A DNA stretch of 64,000 bases from Azolla caroliniana (Eukaryota > Plantae > Polypodiophyta): the NCBI GenBank assembly GCA_043228905.1, contig JBHGNT010000009.1, positions 21,328,001 through 21,392,000 on the forward strand, read 5' to 3'. The notes beneath the pieces are model-generated. The model searched no databases, was not told the origin of the DNA, and worked only from the letters and a program-made list of their open reading frames with translations. Below are positions 62,073 through 64,000 of this stretch, piece by piece (positions within the stretch are counted from its first letter, which is position 1; every line of letters begins with the position of its first letter). The position numbers and the translations under genes were made by a program.

Positions 62073-64000
62073 TCTCTCTCTCTCTCTCTCTTCCTCTCAC
62101 ACACATATCACTTAATCTTCCGCTTATCAACTAATCACATAATTAGGTACTAATTAATCCTTGCTTAATTACTTACCTAATTCTTAACATGGTATCAGAG
62201 CGTGTGGTTTAGCACATCCACTAAGCCCACCCAATTCTTCGTAATTGTGTGTTTGAAACGCCGACGACAAATTCCGGCCATTCGCTATTGTCGTGCCGCT
62301 ACGTAGCACGTACACGTGATTGAAGGAAGAAAAACAAAAGAAGAGAAGACACAATCAACATGAACACACAAATGGGTAGCTCGCTCCCTAGCGAAAAGCT
62401 AGACCTGAGCAATTATTCATCTTGGGAATACAAGATGACCCAATACCTCGTCGGCCAAGAGTATTGGAGCTACATCAACGGTGCACAAGAAAATCGACCT
62501 GACTCGAAAAATGCTGACTTTGCAACATGGGAGCAAGCTGCGAGTCAAGTAATGTATTGCATGGCAACATGTGTCCACGACCACATGCTTAGCCACATTC
62601 AAGACGCCAAGACACCCAAAGAGGCGTGGGAGAACTTAAAGAAAATGTTTGCCGCCAACACAACCGCCTGAAAGCTTCAACTCCGATAAGAGTTGAACAA
62701 CATTCGGCAAAAAGACATGTCTGTGTTGGACTACACCGCCAAGATCAAGAGCATTTGCGACTCTCTTGGCTCCATCAAAATAAACGTCGACAAAGACGAG
62801 ATTGTTCAAGTATGCTTGGGCGGCCTCTCACAACGATTCGACTCGTTGAGGACGGAAATCTTGGCGAGGGAAAACCCTCCCTCGTTCTTCGACCTTCAAT
62901 CAATGCTAATGGTTGAAGAGAACCATGTCCAAACCAAAACTAAGACATCGGAAGGACAAATGTTCTTCTCGAATTCAGATGGTGACCGAGGACGAGGTTA
63001 CGGCGGTAAAAGAGATAAATTCGACCCATCACACGAAGGGAAATCAAACCTTCACGGAAGCCATCGAGGAACCTTCGGAAGAAGGGGGAGCTTCCACGCC
63101 GAACATGGTCGGCAAAAGAGGCCCGCAACTTGAAATTACTGTGGCAAAGTTGGCCACTACGAGGCGGAGTGTCGAAAAAAGAGAAGTGAGTCGGCTTCAA
63201 CAAGTCGACAACTTACAAACTACGCATCGAACTCCGACTACGATGACCGTGGCAGAATGTTCGTAATGAGGCATAGAGTGAACTCTATGTCGGCCTCTAA
63301 CTCCGTAAGCGCCTCCAACTCGGAAGACGTGTGGTTCGTCGATTCCGGCGCCTCACATCACATGACATCTCACGAAGAGTGGTTTCGTGATTTCCGAATG
63401 CCGGATCGACCCGGCTTCATAAAGACGGGAGATGACACCACGCACCCCATTCGGCACATTGGCAATGTCACATTCGAGAAAGAAGGCGAGCAAACTTGCA
63501 TCAAGAATGTCTTGCACGTGCCCACAATAACGAAGAATTTGGTCTCGGTCGGCCAAATCGTGGAGTAAGGCATGCAAGTCCGCTTCAACAATGAAGGTTG
63601 TTTCATTAAGAAAGATGGTTGACTCATAGCTAAGGGGCGGAGAGACGACCGAATGTTCATCCTCGATTCGAACAAGGTGAAATCGGCAATGTACGTTAAA
63701 GGTCTCAAAACCGAGGCAAGCATCGAGTTGTGACACAAGAGAATCGGCCACATAAACCTCCAACGGCTTCAAGCGATGCAAACCAAGGGAGTCGTCATCG
63801 GACTTCCGACATTCGAGTCAAAACGAGTCGACCGAGTATGTGAAGTGTGTCAACTCGGCAAACAACATCAACTCCCATTCCCAAAGGAGGGCCACGTGAG
63901 CAAAGGCCTCCCCGACATCATACACTCGGATGTATGGGGACCGGCTCAAACACCGACAATTGGCGGATGCCGATACTACGTAACCTTCATCGACGACTAC
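61749..64000 (+). mobile_element. Ty1/Copia 'Copia-F' (5' part; continues beyond the window)
   Basis: 5' LTR 61749-62189 (TGTT...AACA); PBS TGGTATCAGAGC 62190-62201; gag from 62360, PR WFVDSGASHHM, start of integrase; several stops. Confidence 0.93.

Overview
AT-rich land-plant nuclear DNA; the PLS-PPR remnants, repeat load and element types suggest a fern or other seed-free plant (inference). Most of the window is decayed or nested retroelements. These include two related Ty3/Gypsy elements with a tRNA-Trp PBS (1-6109 and 46140-50544, both minus) and two further LTR pieces of that lineage, plus a stack of nested Ty1/Copia elements (30290-46140) and two more Copia elements (55674-60008; 61749 to the end). 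There are also L1-type LINEs (15.5-26.8 kb) and a Penelope-like retroelement (PLE) remnant (50545-52899). Host sequences are the first exons of a TPX2-like gene, a tRNA 2'-phosphotransferase (TPT1) pseudogene, and MAPK and PPR fragments. Four signals stand out: (1) a PLE tail-to-head junction with a TATA box, a decayed hammerhead ribozyme and an unassigned ORF of over 400 codons; (2) a -1 frameshift cassette between Gag-PR and RT that shows compensatory base changes between the two Gypsy elements; (3) all four LTR 5' ends of that Gypsy lineage abut ACG[C/G], with a demonstrable 4-bp TSD at one; (4) TTTAGGG repeats at a deletion junction between two Copia elements. Everything was read by eye with no database searches, so family assignments rest on remembered motifs.
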